NCBI GenBank assembly: GCA_003990765.1
Contig: RBNJ01000338.1
Location: forward strand, 1-32,715
Source of the DNA: Jimgerdemannia flammicorona
Lineage: Eukaryota
Reading direction: 5' to 3'
Length of the DNA stretch: 32,715 bases
Each line of letters starts with the position of its first letter. Positions within the stretch are counted from its first letter, which is position 1. The notes beneath the pieces were generated by a model that had not been told where the DNA came from, did not search any database, and worked only from the letters and a program-made list of their open reading frames with translations. The translations under genes and the position numbers were made by a program. Shown here in pieces: positions 1-12,196 of this stretch.

Positions 1-1580
1 TTTATAGTCACTTGGACTCCTTTATTCCACTAGTCTATAGAATTACACTATCCATGTATCTCATTGATTACCTTAGAACAACAATGAACTCATCCCTCTA
101 CTATTTAATAATAATACAAGGAAGGGCCCTTCAGCCTACACCTTCTTTTCACCTCACCCCCTTCTCACTAAGTACAAGGTACTCCTGACTCCTCTGGACA
201 ATGTCTAACACCTTCCTCATGGCCCCCAACTGGTGCCTCTTCTCCTGATACCACCACCCTTACACCACTTCCAAGAGCAACCCCTTCCACCACTCCACTA
301 ATTCTCCAATTCCCATCCAAGGATCTCTCTCGAACACCCATCACCAGTGCACTGCCATCAGCACCCAGATGCCAATAATCTGACCCAGGCCTCCCCATAT
401 GTCCCTAATTTCTCCCACCAGTTAATGCTTGATCACCCAACAAGTGAGGCCCCCTGCCTGCTCACTCTCTACTCCCCAATAACCTTCTAATGTCCACCAA
501 AATCCTTCAACCCCTGGGCAATCTGCCAGAACATACTCCGGTGTCTACACTACTCCCCCATCTAGCTCACAACACTACTCACACTCCTTTACACCTTCAT
601 CCACCATCCACCCCATCCTGTACCCCAGCATGACATTCCTCCACAAAAATCACTACCATACCACCCAGAACTTAGGTGGGGCTATTTTGAGTAGAGAGGT
701 CCCCCAACCCCAAACCCAGCCCCACTCTCACTCTTCTCCAAACCCAGCCTTCTGCCAACCAACTGACCACCTCTCGAGTGGTCCTATCCGGATCCACTCC
801 ATCACCCCAGTTAAAGAATATTCTACCAACAGGTGGCTGCCAATACAAATCACACCAAATTGCCACCATTACTGTTCTGGGTCCTCCTCTTCACCACTAG
901 GCTCTAGGCCCATAAGCCCTATTGCTAACCAAGCTTCTACAATACCCCACCAGAATTCCTGATAGCACAACCTGCCAACCTTTCCAACCTGGAGCAAACC
1001 TTGTATATCCTTCCGAATCTCACTCTAGGGGCAAAACCTAACTTCCCAATTGTCTATAGCCAGTTTGCTCCAACCCTCCCCTCCTAATTCTGCCATTCAA
1101 CAACCCCACCAGCCCCGAAGTATCTTCAGCTACCTTCTAAAGTCTACCAGCCTCAGACCTCCATCTGTCTTCAGTGTTACCATTATCTCCCAACTAATCT
1201 GTGATCTCCTTCCCTACCATAGCCATCCTTTGACCACCTTCTTCAGTTTCTGTACCACCTACCCTGAAAAGTCCAGGTGATATCCCAAGTACCACAGCTT
1301 CGGCAACTAATATACATTCAAGACTACAATCCTCCCAACCAAAGAGAATTCTCTCCCAGACCAGCCCACTAAGGCATTCTCTCACTTCTGTATCAATCCA
1401 CACCACCACTCTTTCAGCAGCACCATCCCATATATCAAGAACCAGATACCCAAATATTGAACTGTCTCCCCAGAACCAACTAAATGTCCAAAATGTCCAT
1501 ACTCCCCCAAGCCTGCTCCAAGCTCCATGGTCTCACACTTGCTCCAGTTCAGTTTTGCCCCTGCCAGCATCTCATACTGT
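1..1580 (-). mobile_element. L1/Tx1-like LINE, 3' half of ORF2 (end of RT, C-terminal zinc-knuckle region) and probable 3' UTR; decayed
   Basis: Minus strand reads QYEMLAGAKLNWSKCE...VQYLGIWF (end of a non-LTR RT), then FLWRNVMLGYRMG...KECE*C...EYVLADCPGVEGFWW (zf-RVT-like, frameshifted). Same G-rich sense composition as the LINE at 12197-16153, which it continues codon-for-codon. Confidence 0.88.
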
Positions 1581-4010
1581 AACAGCATATTCTTTCAATA
1601 TGTCCTTCCAGGATTTGAATACTGATTCCTATATAGACTTACTTGACTTCTCGGTTGGAAACTATAGCTTCTTCAGCTACATACAGGTCATATCTAGCTG
1701 CTTTTTGACTTCCTTTGGTTGGGGCCTTGGCAGTTTGTCTTAACTTGATAAAGTCCAGTATTCTGGTAGTTAGGTTATTGAGGTAGTGCAGAGTAGTAAC
1801 AGTTGCTCATATTGCTGTTCGGGGTTTTCAGTTGGGGCAGACACTGGCCATATATTCTGTCTTTCAGTAATAGAAGTATGCTCTGTTTCTTTGAAGTTTA
1901 TTTCTTTCTCCTTCAGTGAGTTTTTTGAAGGTACTCAGCTGGGTGGATTCATAATTTCTGGGTGTCCATGAGGTGGATGTGGAGGGAGCTTGGGATGCTT
2001 CATACTTGGGTTCATCTTTCTTGGTCCAAGTCTTTTCCTTATTATTGAATTGTCTTTAGGGCAGAATTAGTCCAGCTATTAGGATTCACTTGACCATAGT
2101 CTTGATTCTTGGTAGACACCATTATTGGTGATCACAACCAACTGGGCAGCCTTGTTCACAGATTTTTCTAGTAGGCCATTCAGGTAGGGCATTGAATAAA
2201 TGGTCTGCTCTTGTACTATTTCATGCTTCATCATTGGCAATATATCCTAGACCAACAGTATTCAGGAGTGACTTGAGTTTTGTGCAGAAAGTTTTGAATT
2301 CTTCTTTGCCATATATATCAAATTTGAGGTTGCAGAGTTTTACTTGAGATTCAGTAATTACAGTTTCACTGTGGTATTGAGCAATCATGAGTTGTTTGAG
2401 TCCAGGGGCTGTAGGATGGACTCTATATCCTGGGGTATTATTTGCTATATTCTGAGTGACTACAGCAGGTCAGGTGTCTCATGTGAGGGGTTTTTCAGGA
2501 AGAGTTCACCACCATTCTTTGGCAGGTCCTTGGAAGAATGTAACAACTTGGTGGACATAGGCTGTAATTATAGCAAAGAGTTGTTCCAGAGTATGGTCTT
2601 GATTATTTGTTAGGAGGTGATCAGCAACTCACTCATTTGTCCATTGATTGGCTTCAAAGTTGGTGTCAACTTCACTAATGAAGCTTTGGACTTCTTGTGT
2701 AGTACCATTGAAGGTAGGTAGGCTTAGATTTTTTGTAGGTCAGATCTGTTCAGCTAAGGCAGTAATGGTTGCTGCCATTATTGCTACCTGGGCTGTGAGG
2801 TCTAGAATCTGTTAGTTCACCATGTTGTTTACTGGAGGTGATTGGACTGCTAGTAGTGGTGTTACTGATACTACTTAAGATACTGGTACAGAGTGTGAGG
2901 GTGTTCTTTGGGTCTATATAAGTTACTGGAGTAATAGTTGCAGGTCTGGAGTAAGAGCTTGATAGATAGCTATTTGTTGCTGTATAGGTATGTTCTGTTC
3001 TGATAGAGGTGCATCCCCTTCAGTAGTATATCTGGGATCAAATGTAGTACTTAGTACCTTGCTGAGTTGAAATATAGTTACATAGTACAAGTGTGATCTA
3101 ATATATCAAGAGATCATCTGACTGCTGAGTTAGTTCATAGTCATATTGTACAAGGCTAATCTAACTATACTATGACTGCTAAGCTATTTATAGATTTAGA
3201 TGCTGTCTGGTTAGTCTTTGATGACATCACTATTGATGACATCATCTCTGACAAAGTCTGAGCAGTTTTCTAACTTCTGATATCATCAGTTTCAAGGTAT
3301 CATTACTTCTATCTCTTGCAAGATTAAGGCTATCCTTGGTAGCAGTGGTTGTACATATAAGGATAACAGGTCTTGGTTCTCTTTTTTTTTGGCCTGCTGG
3401 CATATTTACAAGGACTGGCCATCTTTGTCTAGGGCAAGGGCTCCCAATGTCGCAGCTGGGGGTTCAAACCTCTCAGAAATAATATTTTCTATAATCTAAG
3501 GCAATTTCTAGTAGTAATATCTATCATATAGATGACTTGAGATTGGTTTTGACAATATCAGCTTTCTTGAGTTTAGATGAAGTATCCATCATTCTCTAAT
3601 GGAGGTGACATAGATAGAGCAAACAAAGTTGTTCAAATATGTTTTGCTTCTACTAAGTAATGAGGTCTTATATAGTCATGATGTATCTTGGTCTTGAGTT
3701 TGATAAGTGCAGTTTATGAACTCTTGATAGATGAGATAGTGTCCTTCTTGTCTCAGTTTGAGTTTGATACTTTTGGTTTCCTTTTGTAATAGTACCATAT
3801 ACCAAACTAGTTATAGAGGTTCAGAGTCAGTCTTATATAGTACTTCTTCTGGTATTCTTGTAGCTTAGCGGTGAGTTCTCATGCTTGCTAGTATATTTTG
3901 TGTAACCAGATAATCTCTTCAGTAACTTGTTTTGTTGTCTCGCATGTGGTTTCCAAATTGGTTCTGAGGATAACATGCAATTTTGGTGGCTTGGAGGTTG
4001 TGTGCTTACA
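1575..4010 (-). mobile_element. Ty3/Gypsy copy A, 5' part: partial 5' LTR (type B), internally deleted gag, N-terminal half of dUTPase
   Basis: 1581-3040 is colinear with ~30815-32280 (gag and dUTPase of copy D). 3043-4010 matches LTR type B; its TGTAAG terminus is seen as CTTACA ending at 4010. Confidence 0.92.
3043..4010 (-). repeat. LTR type B (5' LTR of copy A), 3' ~520 bp lost by deletion
   Basis: Matches 17503-17748 + 20982-21227 + 21660-22136, i.e. the empty-site version of the interrupted LTR of copy C. Confidence 0.9.
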
Positions 4011-5070
4011 TCATTGTACAACTACCCCAAACTAAGAACAGAAAAGATGCAATTGTTATCTTCATAGACTATCTCCATAAATAAGCCCACTTTGTACCAA
4101 CTACTACTACTGCAATAGTACCAGATATAGCTATACTCTTGTTTGATAATATCTTCTACTACCATGGTCTTCTCAAGATCATTGTTAGTAACTGAGACCC
4201 AAAATTCACTAGCTATTTTTGGAAGCCCTCCATGTATACCTTAGAACAAAACTTATACTATCTATAGCCTTTCACCCTGAAACAGATGGCCAAACTGAAA
4301 AAATGAACTGAACTCTGGAACAAATACTAAGGAACTATATTTCCTACAGACAAGATGATTGGCATGAACACCTCACTGCAGTCGAGTTCACCTATAACAA
4401 TAGCAAGCAAGCTTCTCTTGGAATGACTCCATTCTTTACCAATACTAAACAAAATCCAAATATCTCTCTGATACTTATCCAAACCACTGATGAACCCTCT
4501 ATAGTCAAAGCTATTGAAGAATTCCTACTCTAAATATACAATCTAAACCAGATCACAATTAAGAATTTATTATGAGCTCAAGAACAACAGTTACAGTATA
4601 TTAACTAATATTATTGAGAAGAAACTTTTGATATTAGAGAAAAAGTTCTACTGGACATCTGAGGATACCAAGTTAATAACCTCAAACACAGACCATCTAC
4701 AAAGCTGAACAGTAAGTTTATTAGACCATTTGAAGTCATTATATAAGTCTCTCCTACTTCCTACAAATTGGTGCTATCAGACACTATTAGGGTTCATCTA
4801 GTCTTTAATATCTAATATCTTAAGCAATACAATAAAAATAATGATGAGCTATTCTCAAACCAAACTACAGAACCACTTGCACCTATCATTATCAATGACC
4901 AAGAAGAGTACAAAGTTGAACAAATCCTCAACAAATATGGCTGCAAGAACTACTCTGAGTACCTTATCAAATGAAAAGGTTACCTGATCTATAATGTAAC
5001 CTGGGAACCCAAGACCAATCTCCAGAATACCACTGACTTAGTTTAAGAATATGACTCCTTAAATAACTAA
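4011..5070 (+). pseudogene. Gypsy copy B integrase core and chromodomain (decayed)
   Basis: IVQLPQTKNRKDAIVIFIDYL, AFHPETDGQTEKMN*TLEQILRNY, KFIRPFEVI, EEYKVEQIL...YLIK*KGY...TWEP; homologous to 26926-27985 (-). Confidence 0.93.
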
Positions 5071-5485
5071 AACTGAATACCCTATATCTATCAGTACATA
5101 CTATATATTACTCTCCTGAACATTATAATTATCATGAACAAAATCAAGAACTCAGCAAGTCAAGACAAAAGAATACTAACCCTCTGGAAAAATAGCAAAA
5201 CTGAAAGCAAGCCTATTCTCCCTGTACCACTGGTAGGAAATGAGGTACAGACATTTAAGAAGATTCCTTAGAGGAAATTCTCCAGCAGTAAATGACATCA
5301 GAATCACTTTCGGTGCATAACATTGAACATATAACTCTTTAATATGTGAATCTAATACATTAGACAACTGTACTATAAGCATGTCACTTTCTGAAAAAAT
5401 TAGACCTTACCAGACTTTTGACCTCCCAAATGGTATAACAATACTAGAACAAAATTAGAAGACCCTGATGAGAATATTGAAAGCT

Positions 5486-5499
5486 AAGAAGGGGAGAGT
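5486..5499 (+). promoter_or_regulatory. Polypurine tract of copy B
   Basis: AAGAAGGGGAGAGT directly abutting the LTR start; same motif at 17320-17333 (+) and 26786-26799 (-). Confidence 0.9.
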
Positions 5500-7561
5500 T
5501 ATAAGTGTACAACTTCTAAGCCACAGAAATTACACATCACCCTCTGAATAAGCTACTGAAATCACATGCAACCTTTGAATAAATCTAGAAATCACATACA
5601 AGGTCACAAAGCTGAGTCAACATGAAGTCACAGCATACAAAGCTGAGTCAATACAAAGTCATGAAACACAAGATTTACACAAACTGAATCTTACCAATCA
5701 GGACCAAATGCATATATACCAAACATTGAGACATATTGAAATAGAGAACCAAAATAAACCAAACAAACAACTCCAACTCTTAAATATATACAAACATGAC
5801 CACTGAGATTTATAACTGCATCTATGCTGACATTTGGAATACCATTATCAACTAAGCCACACCCCCTCTATCTCTCATGAATATCCATAGCCTAGTACTG
5901 CTCTACTTCATAGAAGTCCAATGGAATGCTCTGAACATACTTAGTGAAGTCCACTAAATTAGACAAATCTCAAGCTACTACCAGATTGGCTGCCTTCTAG
6001 AAGATATAGTCAAACACCACCATAATATAGACATTACCCAGATGTCTCAACATCAGAAACTCATTGCTTGCAAACATCAAGAACTCTTCTATGAGTATAG
6101 TACTGTTATTTCCTGCCTCCGAGTCACTACCACTGAAATGGTTACTACTCTATCCTATGGCCAAATAGATGATATAATACAAGAACTCAACTATAAGTAC
6201 CTTGAGTACATTCAAACCACAGATAGAACCTTCCTACATCCTGATGACCATATCCTGCAAATGCCTCAAGTCAGATATACTATGAAGGATATCTATAATA
6301 TAATCTGATTTGATGAAGATGAAGCAGAAGACAATGATTCCTCTGACACTGATATGACCTCAAGCCAAGGATCCCTGCTAACCCTGATCACTCTACCAAC
6401 CTTTCTGATGAACTTATAATAGTTCATAACCACCTATGAAACTTATTGGGACAATGACCATTAGTATGAATACTAATCTGTGTTTACTCCTAATTACTTC
6501 AACTATAATGAAGAGACTGGAGAATACAATCTGTACCTTCAGACAACTCTTGAGATTGAACCAACCACCCCATCACCCAAGTATAAACAATATGAACCAC
6601 AGCTACCAGCTTACTACAATCCAGCAACTCATAGTACTGTAACTTATAGAAGATATGTAGACAGTGAATCTGATAAAAGTAAAGATGATATACCCCTCCT
6701 TTACCTACTAACATCTTACTCAGCATAGATGATGCTATTCTGTGGGATGGTGATGAAGTCCTAATATATTATTACCTCAGTAAACAAGGAGAGTTAATCT
6801 GTAAATAACTCTTCCTAGATGACTACTTCATCAGAGATGATGTCATAGATGGTGATATCATTGAAGACTACCCAAACAGCATCTAAATCTATAAATAGCT
6901 TAACAGTCATAGTATAGTTAGATTAGCTTAGTATAATATAACTATGAACTGACTCAGCAGTTAGATGATCTCTTGATATATCAGATCATACTTGTACTAC
7001 ATGACTGCATTCCAACTCAGCAAAGCACTAAGTACTATATCCATATTCAGCATAGTCTAGATAGCCCCTCACTTGTATAAATACCCCTTCCCTAGACCTC
7101 AGAATCTCAGACTCAAATACTCAAGAACACTCCTGATTACTTCTCCACAATACCCCTTCACACAACTACTCCTAGTATAGCAATATCATAAATAGCAAAT
7201 AAATCTATTTCATAACCCACAAATCACTCTTAAGTAAATTCACTCTCCATTAGGTCCCACTCCTAACCCTATTATAAATTTTTCTAATTGAGTATTGTCT
7301 GCAGCAATATGCCAATTCAACTAAGCTGGTCTTAGTTTCTTAAACTTCCTGAAATATGGAAAATCCTAAACATCCAGAACTAGTCCAAAAAAGGGACTTT
7401 GGTTGAGATATCATCTGATCTTAAAATCAATAAGCATAGAGGACATACTCTATATGAAATTAATCTCAACCTTAAGAGAATGGTCTTTCATAATATCTAG
7501 AACTTCTAGAAACCCCTTTCAGAACTATGTAACAGTTATCCTAACAAGTAACCCTCTTATA
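5500..7561 (+). repeat. LTR type A (3' LTR of copy B), ~2.06 kb
   Basis: Follows the PPT; termini TATAAG...CTTATA are mutated TGTAAG...CTTACA; colinear with 18249-20288 and 24731-26785. Confidence 0.92.
5796..6886 (+). pseudogene. LTR-encoded ORF, copy 1 (decayed; unknown protein)
   Basis: MTTEIYN...EDYPNSI* homologous to 18505-19602; several stops and small indels. Confidence 0.75.
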
Positions 7562-9547
7562 ATACTCATCTCTACACCCATCATCTCTATACTTTAGGAA
7601 TTTATAAGAAAAAGCAGCAAAAGGAAGCAAACTATTGTAGTTGAGATTCCATACTGATCAGGTTGTACAACTACCAATAATAAGGACAAAAACAAGACCA
7701 TACCTGTCACTTTCACTATTCTCACTATGGATGATAAGAGTGTAGATAACAGGAATATGGATGATAAGGATGGAAAATACAAGAATATGGATGATGAGGA
7801 TATAGAGAATAATAACAAGGATATGGATAATGATGATGAGTATATGGACAATAAGTTTATGAATAATGATGATGACAATGAATAATGACAATGATGAACC
7901 TCTACCTGACCTCTCTGCTTTTATATACCTCAAACACAAGAAGCCTTTTTACTCAAAGTCTGCTCTTCCTAAGTATTTCAGATCTATTCTTAAAGTCTTC
8001 AACCTCTTCTTCTCTGATGAGATACTAAAAATAATTGTTGCCAACATGAATCACTATACCACAATAAAGATAGAGGATTCTACAACTGATAGAGAGTAGA
8101 AGATTTTAACAGTACCTGAACTCCTTATCTTCATTGCTATTTGTATTTACTTCAGCCTTTTCTGCACTGAAGGAAGCCTCAAGTGGCAGTGGGATATAGA
8201 TCTCCAAAAGCCAAAACACTACATTCTTGAGTATATGTCTCTATTTTGCTTCCAACAAATCAAATGATTCCTTCATATTTCCCTATATAACATATATAAT
8301 AATGATTACTATATAGTGAAACTCAAGCCATTATTATCTCATATTCGAAAAATATCCCAAACAATATATTGACTAAGTTCCAATATGTCCATCAACAAGA
8401 TGATACAGTTCATGGGCAGAAGCTTACATACTTACTATATACAGTTTAAGCTGATCTCAAAGGGTTATAAGGTCTTTATATTATATGATCATGGTTATAT
8501 ATAGACATTCCTTCCAGATTAATATACTACTAAAAGCAAAGAGATAGAGAATAACAACAATAATAAGTTTGGTATAATAGCATGTACTATGATTTATCTA
8601 GTCAAATAATTATCTAAGACTCAAAGATTCAACATCTATATAGACAGATACTTCTCCAGTATTCCACTATTCAAATATTTATAATCGAAAAGAATTGGGG
8701 CATACAGAATAGTTAAAATAGATAGAACACAATTCCCAGAGAAACTCAAAATTAAATGTAGCAAAGAGAAAGAGCTCAACTAGAATATATTGTCAGGGGT
8801 GATCATTGATAATATTCTAGCATTACTATGAAAGGATACCTCTGTAGTCAAAATGCTAACTACTATCTATAAATTGCAAGGAGTAGAATGGAAAATCAAG
8901 TACAAATGATGATATCTGATAATAACCAAAGCTAACAAAACTCAAGTCTAAGCAATCTGGGAAAACAAATATTCTATAGATGTTGAGATTCTAAAGATTA
9001 TTAATAATTACAACCATTACATAGGAGGAGTCAACATTGCCAACCAACTCTAAGTATATTACTATACACAAATTAAAGCCAAAAGAAATTGGTAGCTGAT
9101 ATTCTTCTGGTTGTTGGATATTATAGTAATTAATTCATATCTTGTATACAAGACAGACAGGTCTAAGACTGACCACAAAATCTCCCAACTTGACTTGACT
9201 TAGGGCCTCATAATGCTAGTAGATAAGAAAGAAAAAGGAATGGAAATGAGAAAGATATACATGAAGAACAGATGCTATCAAACTCTAAATATCTAAAGAA
9301 CCTTCATATTACAAAAAATTCCTATGATTTAGATCCCTCTCGACTTCTTCCTAGTAACCATTTACCTACTATAAGAGACCAGCATGAGGCATACATATGG
9401 TGTCAGTCATAAGTAAAGACTGGCAAAATCACAATTAGCAAAAAGAACCCACCCCAGAGCAATATCATCTATCAAACATGCAATGCTATTCTTTGTCTGA
9501 ATTAAGAGCAAAACTGTTTTGTAGAATATCATACTCAGAAAGAATAG
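7562..9547 (+). pseudogene. piggyBac-family (DDE_Tnp_1_7 / PGBD-like) transposase relic; 5' end displaced by Gypsy copy B
   Basis: Acidic N-terminus; FNLFFSDEILKIIVANMNHY; ELLIFIAICIYF; MSLFCFQQIK*FLHI; FMGRSLH...KGYKVFILYDHGYI; IDRYFSSIPLFKYL; YNHYIGGVNIANQL (GGVDxxDQ); FFWLLDIIVINSY; C-terminal Cys-rich TCNAILC...CFVEYH. Stops and frameshifts present. Confidence 0.9.
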
Positions 9548-9616
9548 GTATGTTAATGATCAGTGAGCAGGTAATATATATAATATAATAAAGTAGAACC
9601 TCACTAATACTGATAC

Positions 9617-9682
9617 TTATCTATTCTGAATCTATCTCAAATCTATTCCAAATCTATTCCAAATCTATTCCAAATCTATTCC
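9617..9682. repeat. 11-bp tandem repeat AAATCTATTCC (4 perfect copies, 2 degenerate)
   Basis: Perfect units at 9639, 9650, 9661 and 9672, between the convergent transposase and kinase 3' ends. Confidence 0.9.
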
Positions 9683-9696
9683 AGAGTACACCAGTC

Positions 9697-11612
9697 TTAC
9701 CTGATCATAGACTTTGCTTGAAGCTCTATTTCTTTTCCATCGCTGAGGTACTGATGGCCACTAATCTTGCCAAGACAATATTGGACATGGTTAGGTATAT
9801 TATTTGGAAATAGCTACATATTTGCAAATAGTATATATATATTTCATATAGTCAACCAAAACCCAATAAGGCAGTACTCTTTATTATATTCTGAAGGAGA
9901 TGGTTGTTATCACACTTTTGTAGCAATAAAGTTATAATAACAAAATGCAGTTAGCCATTTATTGAAATCAATCTTCATAAATATTATTGATAATTTTACA
10001 AATCTTATCCTCATCATCTGCTATAGGTATACCTAGTATAAGCCTCTTTGCTAAGATGTGTTTATGAGATAAAATTAAAGAATTTTTAAATGAAGCTAGT
10101 ATTGTAGTACTGATATCTAGTCTTGATTTGCCTTTCATCTTATCCATTAACAGTTGAAGATATAATGTTTTCCACAGCTATTCTATATATACCTTATACA
10201 GAGCTTTATGCTGGTCCAATACTGCTACTGGCAGCTTATTATTGTAATTTTTATGATATAGTACTGAGATGAGAGCCTTGACATCTGAAATTTAGACAAA
10301 CACCAATAGTCCTTTTACCTTCAGTCTTTTGATAAGGAGAGCTAGAATGGATGTATCATATTTCTTTTCAATCTTGAGTTATCAAAGATAGTAACAGATA
10401 TCTGTTAAGCATTGTTTAGAAAAAAAAAAGGTAAAAAAGTCATTAAGTCTACTGATAATACAATTATGCAACCTCCTAAATTATCTCTGAAAGTAATACA
10501 AAATCTATTTTTATGATGAATCTGAGAGAAATAGAAATTTACATAGATTACATACCTTCTTTTATCACTCCAAATACATATACACTATTAATACTGATTA
10601 ACAACATCTCTTTTACTAACTGAAGGCACCCTTTACAAACCCAGTAGTTCTCTCACCAACCTTTGAATAGATAATTCAAGCCTGTCATACTCACCTTATC
10701 ATAATAGGCACATTCATTACTATCTGACATTCTCAACCTCTTGATAATATTGGTTTTACCTATATCTAGTATCAATGATTGCTTTGGTGATTCATTTATC
10801 TTCCATAGCTCCTTAATTTCAATAAATGCTATGCAAAATGTATAAATGTCAGGACAAAGTTTCAGATCATATATTAGACCTCTAAGAATCAAGTCTTCTA
10901 CTGATATGTACAGATATAGGATCAGACCAAAAATGGTTCTATAGTCATAGAGATATCTCTGGTATATAGCATTCATCTTTTGTGTCTCATCTCATGGTGA
11001 ATTGTAGATCAGTAAGACATATAGCATAATGGATAGGATCCAGATGTTAGCTGTAAATAGGATATAATCTAACTAATGACCATCAACTAATTTGAGTGAT
11101 TTATATGCAGGCAAACCAAGTACTGGCCATACTATGTTACTTTCAATATTAACTGATATACTGAAGTTACAAAGTATAATATGCAAACCTTCTGCACTAG
11201 ATTTGAATAGTAAATTATCATACTTAATGTCATAGTGAGCAATCTTATTATTATATAGATATAATATTACATTAAGGAGCCCTCTGAAGATGATGAGAAT
11301 GAGTTTTTAAAGGTCAGCCTCTTCTTTTATTTGATCGATAAGATCAGCCACTAGTCCTTCAGCATACTCCATCTTGATTGATGTGAAATCTCTAGTCAAA
11401 TATACTTGAGAAGTTTATATGATATTGAGGTAATTGAGTTTAAGAAGTAAGTTCATCTTACATTTAATTATGGTGATGTCAAATAGTATGGCACCTTTTC
11501 TACTTAATATCTTGACCACATATATCTCTCCATTCAGTTGACTTCCTTTGAAGACCACACCATAACTTTCAACACCAAGTTTGTCAACCAGTTTGACTCT
11601 TTTACCTATCAT
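9697..11612 (-). pseudogene. Two-exon Ser/Thr protein kinase pseudogene with C-terminal Cys-rich extension (exon 1 11612-10556, exon 2 10401-~9697)
   Basis: Kinase subdomains in one frame: LGVESYGVV (GxGxYG), YVVKIL, MEYAEG, IAHYDIKYDNLL (HRDIKxxN), LCNFSIS (DFG), GLPAYKSLKL, ANIWILSIMLY (DIWSLG). Frame continues through WVCKGC to a GTATGT donor. Exon 2 runs ~140 codons with few stops despite high AT. Kinase part is secure; exon 2 is less certain. Confidence 0.8.
10402..10555 (-). other. Predicted 154-nt spliceosomal intron
   Basis: Donor G|GTATGT at 10555, T-tract, CTAAAC/CTTAAC branch-like sites, acceptor AACAG| at 10402; splicing gives in-frame ...KE-D-ICYYL. Confidence 0.6.
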
Positions 11613-11739
11613 CTTGCCTTTTCAAAATTTGGTCCAAATGTTTTTAATGACCTGACTAGTTATTGTAAAATGGAAAACTAAAAAATATGCAAATTAAACA
11701 GTAATTAAAAGGTATACAAAAAAGACAGACAAGAAAATA

Positions 11740-11740
<1 letters not shown>

Positions 11741-11831
<91 letters not shown>
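11741..11831. repeat. Poly(A) homopolymer, ~91 nt
   Basis: Uninterrupted A run ~130 bp upstream of the kinase ATG (poly-T on the kinase sense strand). Confidence 0.95.
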
Positions 11832-11833
<2 letters not shown>

Positions 11834-12196
11834 CCAAAAATATATATATCTTGAAATCTTAAGGATGCTGAGTATAAAGATGTTGAGGAATGTAAAAACA
11901 TTAGGAAGTATAAGGAAGCTTACAGCTTAAGGAATAGGGCATAGTTTATAGTAAAAAGTTATGAGGAGCATAATATTTGGAGGATTATTAGGAGTAATTG
12001 TAGATAACAAAGATTGCTAGAGAGAGTTGACTTTTTGCTTGAACCATTCAGAGCAAGCTAAGCCACACGGACATCTTTTCATGACAAGCAACACATTTTC
12101 AAGTTTTCCCATCATCTATTCTGGTGTATAAGGTGTGGCAGGAGTCTAGCTACAGCATACAATAAGTCTCATCTGTTTCGGTGGAGTTTTTGTCAG

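Noticed and set aside
7594..7939. Hydrophobic minus-strand ORFs resembling membrane proteins
   Set aside because: Antisense of the Asp/Asn-rich low-complexity N-terminus of the piggyBac transposase.
11656..11901. Poly-Phe ORF
   Set aside because: Artefact of the A homopolymer.
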